Of a stretch of 64,000 bases of DNA, positions 22,701-32,934 are shown piece by piece (position 1 is the first letter of the stretch; each line of letters starts with the position of its first letter). Below the pieces are notes generated by a model. The model saw only the letters and a program-made list of their open reading frames with translations. It did not search any database and was not told the DNA's origin. The stretch is from Klebsormidium nitens (taxonomy: Eukaryota; Plantae; Klebsormidiophyceae), in the NCBI GenBank assembly GCA_000708835.1, contig DF236966.1, positions 336,243 to 400,242 of the forward strand. The letters run 5' to 3'. Made by a program: the position numbers and the translations under genes.

Positions 22701-25700
22701 GTTCTTGAAATTTTTTCGAGGATATCGGTTTGGAGTACCTAGTTTCCTAGGTTGCGAGAGTGTGGGTATGAGATTCGGGGCCCAGTTTTCTCTGGACGAC
22801 GAAAGCGTGCAGCTCGGGCAGGCAGCCAAGGCGGTGCGTGCGCAGAAGCATTGCTGTGTGGTCCTACGAAGGTTGATCCCTCTGGTTCCTAATGTTTCGG
22901 TGTCCTCGATACCAGAAAAGCTGGATTCGATTGGACTTTGGCCCTGGAGTTTTGGGACAAAGGCGCTGGGGCTGCCGTGATCCACAGAGCCTTCAACGAC
23001 GTCAGATGTCGCAAACTCCGTCAAAATCTGGCTCGGAAACTTTCAGATGCTCGGTTGGCAAAGAGAGGTGCGTTCGGCAACCTCGGGCTCTGGTTCGGGC
23101 GTCCAGAACTGAGCGCACCGCGATCAGGCGGCCAAAGTGGTATTCTGGCAGAGTTTCTTCGTTGACGTTCGCAATCAAGTCTTCATCTTACGAACTTCGA
23201 AGGAAGTCTAACGTTCCTTTCGCTGGCCGCAGATGCAAAAGGAGCAAGAGCTGAAGGACAGCCAGATCCGCAAGCACTACAGCATGGGCGACCATGTGAA
23301 GGTGCTCTCCGGCCAGCACGAGGGCTCCACTGGCCTCATCGTCAAAGTGGACGACGCCACCAGCACCGTTGTGCTCTTCTCTGACACTACGCAGCAGGAG
23401 GTGGGCGCTCTCACTCTTGCTCGTTGCGCTGGTGTCAAGTTCTGTTCGGAAGGTGGGCCTTGGTTGAGCGGTTTGGGAGTCGGGCCTGTTGAATCTACTT
23501 CGCGAATGCATTGTGCTGGCTAACCTTGTCAGAACGCTTTGGAGTGGAATAAATTCTGCTCTTGACAACGCACGTCCTGAGCATTTCAGGATCAGTTGGG
23601 AGTCAAAAAGCGTTGCTTTTCAGAGTGTGTGTTGCTTGCCACCATCCGAAATGGATCTGATCAGGGGATCCCTTGGCTGTGGATACTGATTGAGGTGAGC
23701 AAAGCGTTGAGATACATTTCCAACACAAAAATCTTTTGCTGTGCAGATCCGGGTGTTCTCTCACGACATTGTCGAAGCCGCGGAGGTCAGCTCGGGGCTC
23801 ACGAAGTTCGGAGAGTACGACTTGCACGACCTGATCGCCCTTGAGTGAGCTTCCTATCCTGCTCTAACGTTCCCACAAACTTTCCTTAAGAAGGTCCTCC
23901 TTAAAGCATTAATTTATCTCATGCTCTTATTTTTTATGCATCCTCTCCTAAGACTTCTGCTATAAAAGGTTTTGACCACCACTTCTCATTGTTTCTTTTC
24001 AGCAGCGGCCTGAATGTAGCTGTTGTTCAGACGTCAGACGGTGCGCATGATTGTGCTGGCGAAGAAGGGATAGCAAATTGCGAAAGATATTTCCTCTTTG
24101 ATTAGCAATTGTATCACTGACAAGGTCATCCTCTTTCCAATTGTCCGTTTCAAACTCGTTTCTCAACATACGTTTTAACTGCTCTCTCCAGCAACGGCCT
24201 GACGGTGGGCATGATTGTGCGCGTGGAGAAGGACGCGTGCGCCGTGCTGATCGGCAACCCCGACCGGCAAGACGTCCGAACAGTGACCCGTCCCCAAATC
24301 AAGCGCAAGGTGTTCGACCGCTCGTTCAGCACGCAGGACATGACAGGGGCCGCCATCACGGTTAGGGACGTGGTCAAGGTGCACACCGGGGAGTTCAAGG
24401 TAAGGGGTTTAAGCAAACCGGATTTGCGAATTCTGTTAACGAGGGTCTCCTGTAACATCTTGGAGTGCATGTATTTCGTGTGGCGTGGTTTGCTGATTGT
24501 GGCTCACGGGACGAATCCTGCCACCAGTAGGAGCGGGTGTGCCGGTAAGCTGATGATGAAGTTGCCTAAGAGGGCGATGCTTCAAAGAGCCGCTCGTTTT
24601 ACGCTTTGCCCTTATTTGAGTGCAATCCAGGGCGAGTAGCTCTGCTACTGTCACCTGTGATAACAGAGCACCCAGCCATCATCCTCGACTGACCGAATGG
24701 AAGGAAGGAGAAAAGGGACTCCCGGCGGACTGTCTAGGGACCCCTTCCCTTATCAGCAGTTGTCAGTCGTCAATCGGTGCTCCAGATTTTCGGAGTCGAT
24801 CAGCCAGACCGTCGATCCTCGATTGTTATAAAAAGTACTGTCGAGCATCGGCTCGGGAGTCCACGTTCTCCTTCCTTTTGTTCTGACACATCTGCGCGCT
24901 GCCATTGTCCGCCGCCACAACAGGTGCTAGTGTTGCCCTTCTCCACCGCCCTTGGCTGACGTCAGCGATGACGTGGTGCAGGGCAAGCAGGGCCCCGTGG
25001 TGCATCTGAGCAAGCAGATGCTGTTCATCCAGTCGCGCGACGTCAAGCAGAACGGGGGCTTCATCTGCGTGGCCGCGCGCAACTGCAAGGTCTTCGGCGG
25101 CAACAAAACGGACCCCTTCGCGGTGAGCCCCCACGATGATTTTGACTCGCATTCCCCCTTCAATATCCTCGCCTGAATGTTTTTGGGTGAGTCGGACTGT
25201 TGAGGGATATCAATGCATATTTCTGGTGGAGCCCTCGATGTGGGCAGCTTCTTTAGGTCAACCATGCGCATGGCAACGAGGAGGATTCAAATCATCCGTA
25301 CTAGCAGCCATTGTGCAGTACACGGAGTAAGGAGCAGCATTCCCAGCCCAGCTTGTGCACTTTCCTGGAGGATAAGATTCTATTCTTTTATAACCATTTG
25401 CGGAATGCGGCTTTGCTTTGAAAGCCGCTTGCAGCAAGACGAAGAGCGACTGCATTTTGGCATGTCTGCTTCATCTGCGTTGAAAACTGATTGCTCTCTG
25501 ACAACTTGCCGACTTGTCATCCCTGCCACACGAACCCGTACATTTTGAAGGCAGCGTTCTTACGAGCCCACATCGCGACTTCGTGTCCTTCTTCGACGAG
25601 CCTCATACATGCATACATCCGGACGTTATGCGGACGTTGTTTAACGCTCTCCTCTTTCTTCCGCAGCCGCCTCAGCCAAATATGGCGTCCCCCTACGGGC

Positions 25701-28700
25701 TCTCCAACGGGCAGCCCGGTGGTTATGTTCCCCAAAGTCCGGTGTACGGCCTCCGGTCACCCGCCCACTATCTTGCGGCGGGACCGGGGGCTGGCCGAGG
25801 AGCGAATCCGGGAGGTGAGCTAATGATCTTTGCTTGAGTAAGCCTTGCTTGGTTTTTTGTGGAAGGGCAGGGCGCTGGGCGGGGGAATGAGCCGGGAGGT
25901 GAGTGTATGGCCTCTGCTTTCCGTGACGAAGTCGCGGAAAGAGATGGGCGCTGGGCGGGGTTTTGTCCCGGGGGCCCCCCAACTCTGTTTTCTGCTTTCT
26001 ACTTTTGTTTTTAGGCGGGGTTGGATTGACAGCTGAGCTGCTGCTATCATCTTCTAACCTTCGTCTGACAAGGACGAACGCAGAGTAGATGCGGAAGCAT
26101 TTCGCTGCACAGGGTAGAGGTCCCCCACTTGTCAACGAGTTGTTTTTGCTTTCGTTCTGTTGAAACAGTCACATGCACAACACACAAAGCTATGACCAAA
26201 GGTTTAAGTGACGAATGAGTCAAAATGATTCAACTCCGCATTTGTTTCTAAGAAGAGGTTTGGTGCGAAGCACTCTTTCAATATCTCGAGAATCATACGC
26301 CTCTTCCTGCAGTCTTCTCCCGCACGAGGCACCTCAGAAGAATTTTGATGTGCTTGCTTCTCTAAAATATGCCATCTTCACAAACCTCTTGCAAAGGTGC
26401 TTTGCAAAAGAAGGCTCATGAATGTGTTGTCATTGGCTCCTCGACTGTCATTGGGAGCGCACGGCAATCTAGAAAGAGTCAAAGGCCATGATTCTCAACC
26501 CTACCGTCTCTCCCCGACAGTCTTCTCCGGCGCGCGCGGCCGCGGCGGGCGCCGTGACGACAGCCTGACCAACACGATGGTACGCATCATGTCAGGTCCG
26601 TGGAAAGGATACCGCGGGCGCGTCAAGGACGCAACCGATACCACCGTCCGAATCGAGCTTGATTCTCAGATGAAGACGATTACGGTAAACCGGGATCAGT
26701 TGAACCTGAAAGAGGGGCGCAGGGAAGAGTCGGCGGGCGGGTATTACCCGCAGACTCCGTCGAGGGCCTACCCGCAAACGCCGTCAAGGGCGTATCCGCA
26801 GACTCCGTCGAGGGAGTATCCGCAGACGCCGGCGCGAGATCCGGCTGGTGAGCCACATTTCTCGAGCGCGCACCATTAGACGTACAGCTGTCCTTCAAAA
26901 TGTTTGAACGCTTGACTAGGCACTTTCAGCCTCCGTCCTTTGGGAAGCGCAGATGCAGAAAGCTGTGAAACGCCACAAGTTGCTGTCCGAGGTCAGTCAC
27001 GCAGCGCGGTTTCAGTTCGTCTCTTTGCAAAACAGCTGTCCTATTATCATCTTCTCTCCCTTCTAATGTTCTGCGACAACGTCCAACGCTCCTCTCACGT
27101 TCTCCGCTCCAGCTATGCCTATGACACCCAGTCGCGGGCGTCCCTGTTACCCCGAGCCACTCTCTAATTGAATAGAGTCTTTTCATGGAAAGACTAAAAC
27201 CTTCGTGTTTGTTTTTCCCCTGAGAAAGAAGCGACTGTCTTGCTCACTATCTTCCTATCAGCCGTCGATCCTGGAGTCTCTTTCGCTGCAGCCATGCCTA
27301 TGACACCCAGCCGTGGCCGCGCCTGGGATCCGTACACTCCGATGACGCCAGCCCGCGAGCCCGGGTGGAACGACGAGCCGCCGTCGTATCACAGCGGGCC
27401 GTCCACGTTTGGATCTGCCACGGCGTCGTATGCGCCCTACTCGCCGATCGATTCGCCGGCGCCCAGCCCTTCAAATGGCAACGTAAGACTTGTCTGGTTT
27501 TCCGAAACTGTTGTCTTTAGTTGCAAGGACTGTAAGAACGTTGCTACATGTTTGTCATTTCAAGGAAGTTGGCTGTATCGCGACAAGAATGGTGGACCGT
27601 GTTCGGAGTTGGGTAATGACAGTGCGACCTGCCATTTGCGCCAACTTCGTGGCCAGGACACACTGTAGATTCCTATCAATTCTGGATCTTCAATGGTTGA
27701 GTTTCAGGACCGTCGGTGTCCTTCTTTTCAGCAAGCAGCCTACATGCAAACTACTTCAGTTTGACCCAACCGACATCTGATCAACCCCCAAGATGAGCTC
27801 ATGCTTACTGTCTCCGAGGACTGGTTTCCCCTTTGATCCCCTCTCTGACTAGTGTGAGACCCTCGTTTATGCAGCCGGACACTCCTGGGGCTCGTCCCTA
27901 TGACGCCCCAACTCCCGGAAGTGGGACCGGGTGGGGATCCGGGGCCACTCCTTACAGCGATCAACGCAGCCCGGTGGATACCCCCGGGTCCTACCAAGTG
28001 CCCAGTCCGTATACTCCGGGCGATCGGCCGACTCCTTACGTTCCCCCGACTCCTACTACTCCGGGCGGAAGCGGGGCTGGGGTGCCAGACCCAATGTCCC
28101 CAGGTGAGTGCCGGAAGCTTGTCTTCGTTAAGAGAATGTGTTAGTCTGACGTGTATGACCTTGACTCTGAGAGAGGGACTGATTTGTGTGGCAATTTTTT
28201 GTACGACTTGATTGCTAAGTGATCAAACTGGATATGCAGTCTCCAACTGCACTGGGGATCCGTTCTTTGTACTTATCAGCGTCGGGCATAGCCCACAGTG
28301 AAAACAGTGCACACCGACGAATCTGATTAACGAAGCGTCTTTCGACCAGCCGCCTTGTCTGTCCTGAGTGATGACACAATGGACTCGATGGTTCTCAGAA
28401 CTCATTCATAGTGTTCGAGCATTTCATTCATCCGAAGTCGCACATAACGTCCCCACATACAGCCCACACCGATGATGCGAATCCTCTTGCAACAGCTTTC
28501 GGCACGCCATTGGACAACTCCTCTTGGCCGATTCCCGACGTGTGGGTGACAGCTTCCGAGAGGCAGGGCATCCTCCGGGAGATCCTCCCCGACGGCGGGT
28601 TCAAGGTGCAAATCGGCTCAGGATCGGACCCGGTAGAGTTCGTGACCGCCCAGTTGGCGGATCTGGAGCTGATTGCACCGAGAAAGGGCGACAACATCAA

Positions 28701-28836
28701 GATCGTCACGGGAGAGTTCCGGGGGCTGACCGGGAAGCTTATTGGAATCGACGGAAGCGACGGGATCGTGAAGCTAGACGGAAACATGGACATCAAGATT
28801 CTGGACATGAGCAATCTGGGGAAGGTCGGCGGGTAG
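16729..28836 (+). CDS. SPT5: Transcription elongation factor SPT5 (acidic N-terminus, NGN, KOW repeats, CTR), about 1087 aa, 18 exons
   Basis: Exons: 16729..16819, 17842..18039, 18457..18617, 19139..19234, 19703..19858, 20435..20674, 21400..21588, 21850..21946, 22512..22696, 23233..23400, 23747..23844, 24192..24399, 24982..25122, 25667..25814, 26521..26847, 27292..27482, 27875..28103, 28496..28836 (3264 nt). Motifs: PSVDDPKLWMVKC, DHLKGYLYIEA (NGN), WVRVRNGLYKGDLAQV, GDHVKVLSGQHEG, GEYDLHDLIAL, VRIMSGPWKGYRGRV, PRKGDNIKIVTGEFRGLTGKLIGIDGSDGIVK. No WG/GW tail, so this is canonical SPT5 rather than KTF1/SPT5L. Confidence 0.97.
18663..18716 (+). repeat. Intronic copy of the 3' end of SPT5 exon 3
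   Basis: cggggctggagacgcccctcacggaggattacaagggctatgacca versus exon cggggctggagaagttcctcaaggagcgctacgagcgctacgacca. Confidence 0.8.
20120..20434 (+). repeat. Two tandem ~145-nt copies of the SPT5 exon 6 acceptor and exon start
   Basis: ag|GCGATCACGGGCCTGCGCATACTGTACTACAAGATCACGCTG at 20143 (41/42 identical to the exon start at 20435) and ag|GCAATCGCGGGCCTGAGCATTTTGTACTACAAGATCACGCT at 20293. Confidence 0.92.
20785..21276 (+). repeat. Four decayed copies of the SPT5 exon 6 3' end and donor
   Basis: ...gacctccaggagctcgcgcgtcgcctg|gtgggt (ends 20836), ...gacctcaaagagctcgcgcgccgcctg|gtgaga (20965), ...gacgccgcctg|gtggca (21095), tcgaccttcagaaacttgcgtgctgcatt (21241-21269); the real donor is cctg|gtgagt at 20674. 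Confidence 0.88.
22170..22530 (+). repeat. Degenerate tandem array (six 51-59 nt units, ~110-nt higher-order period) of the SPT5 exon 9 branch point, acceptor and exon start
   Basis: YAG-like sites near 22183, 22234, 22292, 22344, 22404 (AG lost) and 22460 precede the real one at 22511, each followed by a variant of ccctaagcgacgcggcca. (C/T)TGACTAA branch boxes at 22262, 22373 and 22481. Confidence 0.85.
22790..22840 (+). repeat. Intronic copy of the SPT5 exon 9 3' end with an intact donor
   Basis: DDESVQLGQAAKA|gtgcgt (ends 22833) versus DEDWAQLGQAAKA|gtaagt (ends 22696). Confidence 0.88.
23990..24068 (+). repeat. Intronic copy of the SPT5 exon 12 acceptor and exon start, split by an insertion
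   Basis: ttcttttcag|CAGCGGCCTGA...gacggtgcgcatgattgtgctggcgaagaagg versus tctctccag|CAACGGCCTGACGGTGGGCATGATTGTGCGCGTGGAGAAGG (24192). Confidence 0.75.
25870..25976 (+). repeat. Intronic copies of the SPT5 exon 14 3' end and donor
   Basis: gcgctgggcgggggaatgagccgggag|gtgagt (25898) versus ggggctggccgaggagcgaatccgggag|gtgagc (25814); a fainter copy lies at 25945-25976. Confidence 0.7.
26742..26837 (+). repeat. Coding tandem repeat, 4 x 24 nt, (Y/A/E)YPQTP(S/A)R in the SPT5 C-terminal repeat region
   Basis: Translation YYPQTPSR-AYPQTPSR-AYPQTPSR-EYPQTPAR within exon 15. Confidence 0.9.
27090..27142 (+). repeat. Intronic copy of the SPT5 exon 16 acceptor and exon start
   Basis: ctccgctccag|CTATGCCTATGACACCCAGTCGCGGGCG (27113) versus ttcgctgcag|CCATGCCTATGACACCCAGCCGTGGCCG (27292); 24/28 identical. 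Confidence 0.85.
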
Positions 28837-29520
28837 GTCGAGGGAGCCGCAGTTTCGGAGATTGCTAGCCGGTCGTTGCAGTTTTGGCTGAGCCCGTGAA
28901 TCCCTGTGGTTGATTTTATTGGGTCGAGCTTGCAACCGAGTGCCATCGAACCGGCGGACACGGATGTCACCTAGAATGTGGGATCCTGTCTTATTTTTGG
29001 CATGCGTGTAATGCTCCCCTGGGGATCCTTCTTCTAAACTACAAAGGTCACTTCAAGCCATTCCAGAACAGCATTGTTTAACGTGCAGTAGAGTCGACTG
29101 GCTGAATCTCGTGTCTCAGAGCAAGTCTAGCTGACCTTTAAGATTAGATAGTGGCATGCCGGCCCACATGCTGCGCATGCACTTCATGGACTCCTCGGTT
29201 GATATATAACTCTAAGTGCAAGAACATTCTCAGTGCTGCAATCACGGTGCATGACACGCACACAGCGTACTGTAGTACCCGGCCGCGCTCACGAAAGAGA
29301 AGTTTGAGATCATTCAAACCTCTTGGCACACGAGTCTCCCGAGGACGGCGGCTGAACGCAGGCCTTTTACATTTGAGCTGTTGAAAGTGTTCCGAGTGTT
29401 CCTGCTTAACTTAATCTTGAACGGAAGCCTAACCGGGCTCGATGTTTGATGATGCAAGGCGAGACTAAACCCTCCGACGAGGCATCATCCGCATGGCCGC
29501 GCACTGGGAGGATTGTTATA

Positions 29521-29600
29521 CGAAAACCCTAACCCACAGAATCACCCGCTCCGCACCGTGCCGAACGTACCCCAACCCCCAAAGTAACCCTACCCAACAC
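29521..29600 (+). repeat. Degenerate telomere-like C/A-rich tract starting with a telo-box-like AAACCCTAA (29524-29532)
   Basis: aaaaccctaacccacagaatcacccgctccgcaccgtgcc... aligns by eye with the tract at 30982. Confidence 0.55.
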
Positions 29601-30048
29601 AGGCTGATTTCCGGCCATGCTATTGCTAAAGCTTCCCGTCGCTGAATGGAAGATACGCGCGGGCAGAGAACTGTCCATGCGCTGGGCACTTCGATTTTCC
29701 GCTCTCGGGCTGCCAAAAACATTGCCCGTCATCACATGAACAGCCTGGCAACCGACCGGCTAGAGGTTGACTAGTAACTTAGAACATATGCCTAGAACCA
29801 TCGCCCAATTGCAAGAAGCGGCTCCTCACGGCAAATGAGCGCCCACAGCTTGTAGCCGCTCGGTGACCGTCATACCGCGCGCGCACTGTGCGCATGTGAC
29901 GTCACGATTCATATCCAGGCCCGCCGCGCGTCGGCCTGCCTGAGTTTGCCGCGGCCGGCAATTTGAACTTCCATCAAACGTGACCCGCCGACTCCAGGTG
30001 GCCGCGGCCGGCTTCGCGTGTGCTCGAGTCGTCACCAGGTCAAGAACC

Positions 30049-30918
30049 ATGATCGATATACGGTACTGTATGCTTGGACCAGCGGAAGGGCTTGAGTTTG
30101 TTCACTTTCTACAAATTTGGGCCTTTCTCTCTCCTGCTTGGGCGCTGCCGTCCGGTCGGCTGACGGTATTGCTCCTGAAGACGCCAAGACGTGCACAAAA
30201 GCAAACCTGGTTCTTGCCAAGGCGCAGATCTTAACGCGGATAAAGATCCAGCCGTAGATCTGACGCCCGCGCCTTCTGACGTCATTGCTTGGGTCCTTAG
30301 TAACGTTTTCAGAGCCAGGGATCTTACATGGCGCCAAAGCGCAGATGAGAAGCTGAAGCGAGAGCTTCAGTTGGAGGCACATGCGGAGCGGCTGAAGAGT
30401 TGCTGGAAGGAGCATGGGGAAGAATTCACCAAGGCGTTCGCAGAAGAATTAATGGCGTGCATACAAGACGGGCAACACACATTCAGCGACTTTGGTGAGG
30501 TTACTGATTTCCTCGTACCACTTTTCGGCGCATGTAGAAGCGATCCCAGCTTACACATCACAAGAGGTTCGCAGGCGCTTTGACGTACTGTTTTGGAGAA
30601 GTTCCGCCGGAAGCACGAGCAATTGGCCCAAGGAACAGAATGGGCGGCACCTGCAACAAAGCGCTGGCGGGAGAAAAGCTCGAACTTCCTTCACCATTTG
30701 GAATCCTCGATTCCTTACAGCGGAGATATAAAAACTTCACCCGAATCTCGAGAAAGATGGAAAAAGCGATAGGGAAGATCACGAAACAGATGGACGATGA
30801 GGACTTAAGAGTGGTACGAGGGCACGAAAAGGAGGCTAGAGACGCTGTAGAAGCGTCAATGAAGGCCAAGAAGGAGCAGCTCAAGGCGTCTCTGAGAAAG
30901 GCACCCTGGGACAAATAA
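30049..30918 (+). CDS. Hypothetical orphan protein, 223 aa, 3 exons (30049..30062, 30181..30494, 30575..30918); the middle of exon 3 is probably read out of its ancestral frame
   Basis: Phase-consistent joins CG|gtactg...ctgaag|A and G|gtgagg...ttcgcag|GC; 672 nt in total. Charged helical C-terminus RKMEKAIGKITKQMDDED...QLKASLRKAPWDK*. No family recognised. Confidence 0.5.
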
Positions 30919-30981
30919 GTCTCGATTTTATGTTGAGTTGGGTGTATGTTGAGTTAGATCAGTTTCCCGGGCTCAATCAAA

Positions 30982-31065
30982 CTAAAAACCTAAACCCAAA
31001 GTTAACATGCTCCACACCCGTACCCACCCTAAACCCCTAACCCAACCCCACCCATCCCACCGGCA
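30982..31065 (+). repeat. Second degenerate telomere-like tract, heading the second unit of the tandem duplication
   Basis: ctaaaaacctaaacccaaagttaacatgctccacacccgtacccaccctaaacccctaacccaacccca; CCCTAAA at 31027-31033. Confidence 0.55.
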
Positions 31066-31599
31066 TGACCTAACGCAACGTAGCCGTAACTCAACACACA
31101 ATTCTAGGACAAGTAGGGAGCGTTCGCATGCGAGGAGAGCTTGAGGCAGTCTTGAATCATCATTCGTAGAGTCATATTGCACAATTAGAGAGGTTGCAAG
31201 ATCTGAATCCGACGAACTTCTGTTCTTGTTCGGCGTGCATGACATATGGATGCAGAACAACGATTCATGTTGCGCGTTTCTGTACTCACCGTCCTTATGA
31301 GGGCATGCCACAAAGCAATAATTTCAGGGCGGCTGTACGTACCAGCCCGTTATTTTTATTCGAGATGACACAGAAAGCTTGGGACTTCGACATCTTATAA
31401 CGGGCTTCCAATCGAGTGATCACGGTTCATGACAACCTAGGCCTGCCGGTCAAACGCTTATATTTGCGTACTGCACACACGTGCACGTCCAGTTGTATGC
31501 GCAAGTCCCTACAGCTACCGCCCGGATCCAGTCGAAAGCTTGGCCATCACAGATCTGCTGCATTTTTCCCGCTGTTGCTTTCCAAAATATTGGCGGAAA

Positions 31600-32032
31600 G
31601 GCGAGACGTTGAGACGTTGTTCCTACTTGCAATCCTGGATGAGTTTCGTCGAAAGCATGAGCAACTTGTCGCTCAAGGAGCGGAACTGGCGGAACCTGCG
31701 TCACATCAGTGGCGAGGAGCGACCTTGACCCTTCTTCAAGGTCTGGATAACTCCTTATCTGTGATTGACACCAGTCTGACCAGTCCAATTTAGATCATAC
31801 AATTGCAAGGAGAGCAATCAGGCCAGTGAAGGCAGATCTTTGAAGGGTGCACCAAAAGGCTTTGAAGATACAACACGAAGTGGCGAAGTTGAAGGTGAGG
31901 CGGAAACGGCAGCCAAGACTTTTGCTCGACTACTTAGAGCTTTCAGCGGAAGCCGAGCTACCCGGGCACATAAACGCAGAAAGTCAACTGAAAGAATTAC
32001 GCGCACCGGACTCCAATTGCAACCCACCCTAA
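31600..32032 (+). pseudogene. Degenerate tandem paralogue of the 30049..30918 orphan gene
   Basis: AILDEFRRKHEQLVAQGAELAEPASHQWR (in ORF 31416..31793) matches TVLEKFRRKHEQL-AQGTEWAAPATKRWR from 30587 onward with many synonymous substitutions. The downstream tail QLKELRAP resembles QLKASLRKAP but lies after a frameshift and an in-frame TGA. Confidence 0.55.
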
Positions 32033-32934
32033 TCACTTACCTACATCACCCGTCTCCCGGGCGCCTATTTTCAAGTCGTATCTTCAAATTCACATAAAGG
32101 TTGCCAGAGTGCGGCCCGAAAACCCTAAAACTCGGGTGGCTACAATAGAGGCTGACGTACTCTAGTTTCGATGATGACGTATAACGTTAGCGATGAGGGG
32201 TAAAGATAGACAGCAAGCTCTGCGTGAGCTAGGACGCCGCAAAATACGGAATAAGCAGAAGCTATGCCAGAACGAACCACCTTCTAATCAGATCTGCAAA
32301 ATCATTCGCGATAAATGGAAAGTCGACTGTAACATAGATGCCCAGGCTATATGTATACAGGGGTGCAGATCTTCGACTATATTTTGTACCCTTTTTGGAC
32401 GACATGCTTTGGAGCGCGAGCCAGAATCACGATTGCTTCTTCTTGGAGACCTTTGGAAAACCACCTCGCACAGTCAGTAGGAAGCTCATGGCCGTCGGTC
32501 ATGGAAGACTTTGCGAATGCGATTCAATCCTTCTGTGTTGCACAGTTCCTGACGTTTAATATTGGCAGGCTATCTGGCAAAACTTGCGCATTGAGGGAGC
32601 GCACCTGCTACTCCTCGCCACGTTGAAGCATCTTTCAGGAATAGTATCTGCCGCTTCAAAAAATAGCACATCTTTCAGGAACAGTATCTGCCGCTCCAAA
32701 GCCCAAGGCAGACTAGAGACGCCTACTCCTCTGCCGCTCCTACTGTAAGTACTGCTGCATGTTAGCGCGCGCTCTGATCGTCGCGGCCGCGCCGTTGAAA
32801 CCCTGTTGTTTGATGCGGCCGCGTTGAGCCGCCGCGATCTGGCCGGCGCGATCATTTTTGTGTAACCCGCGTCTTGGTCAACCGTGAACAAACGCGAACG
32901 CTGACATTTGAGTAGCAGCTTTTGATGGGAGACG

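Noticed and set aside
23041-23075. Possible 21-nt micro-exon ttcag|ATGCTCGGTTGGCAAAGAGAG|gtgcgt in SPT5 intron 9
   Set aside because: The direct exon 9-10 join already fits SPT5 spacing, and similarity to the exon 10 start is too weak to call it an echo.
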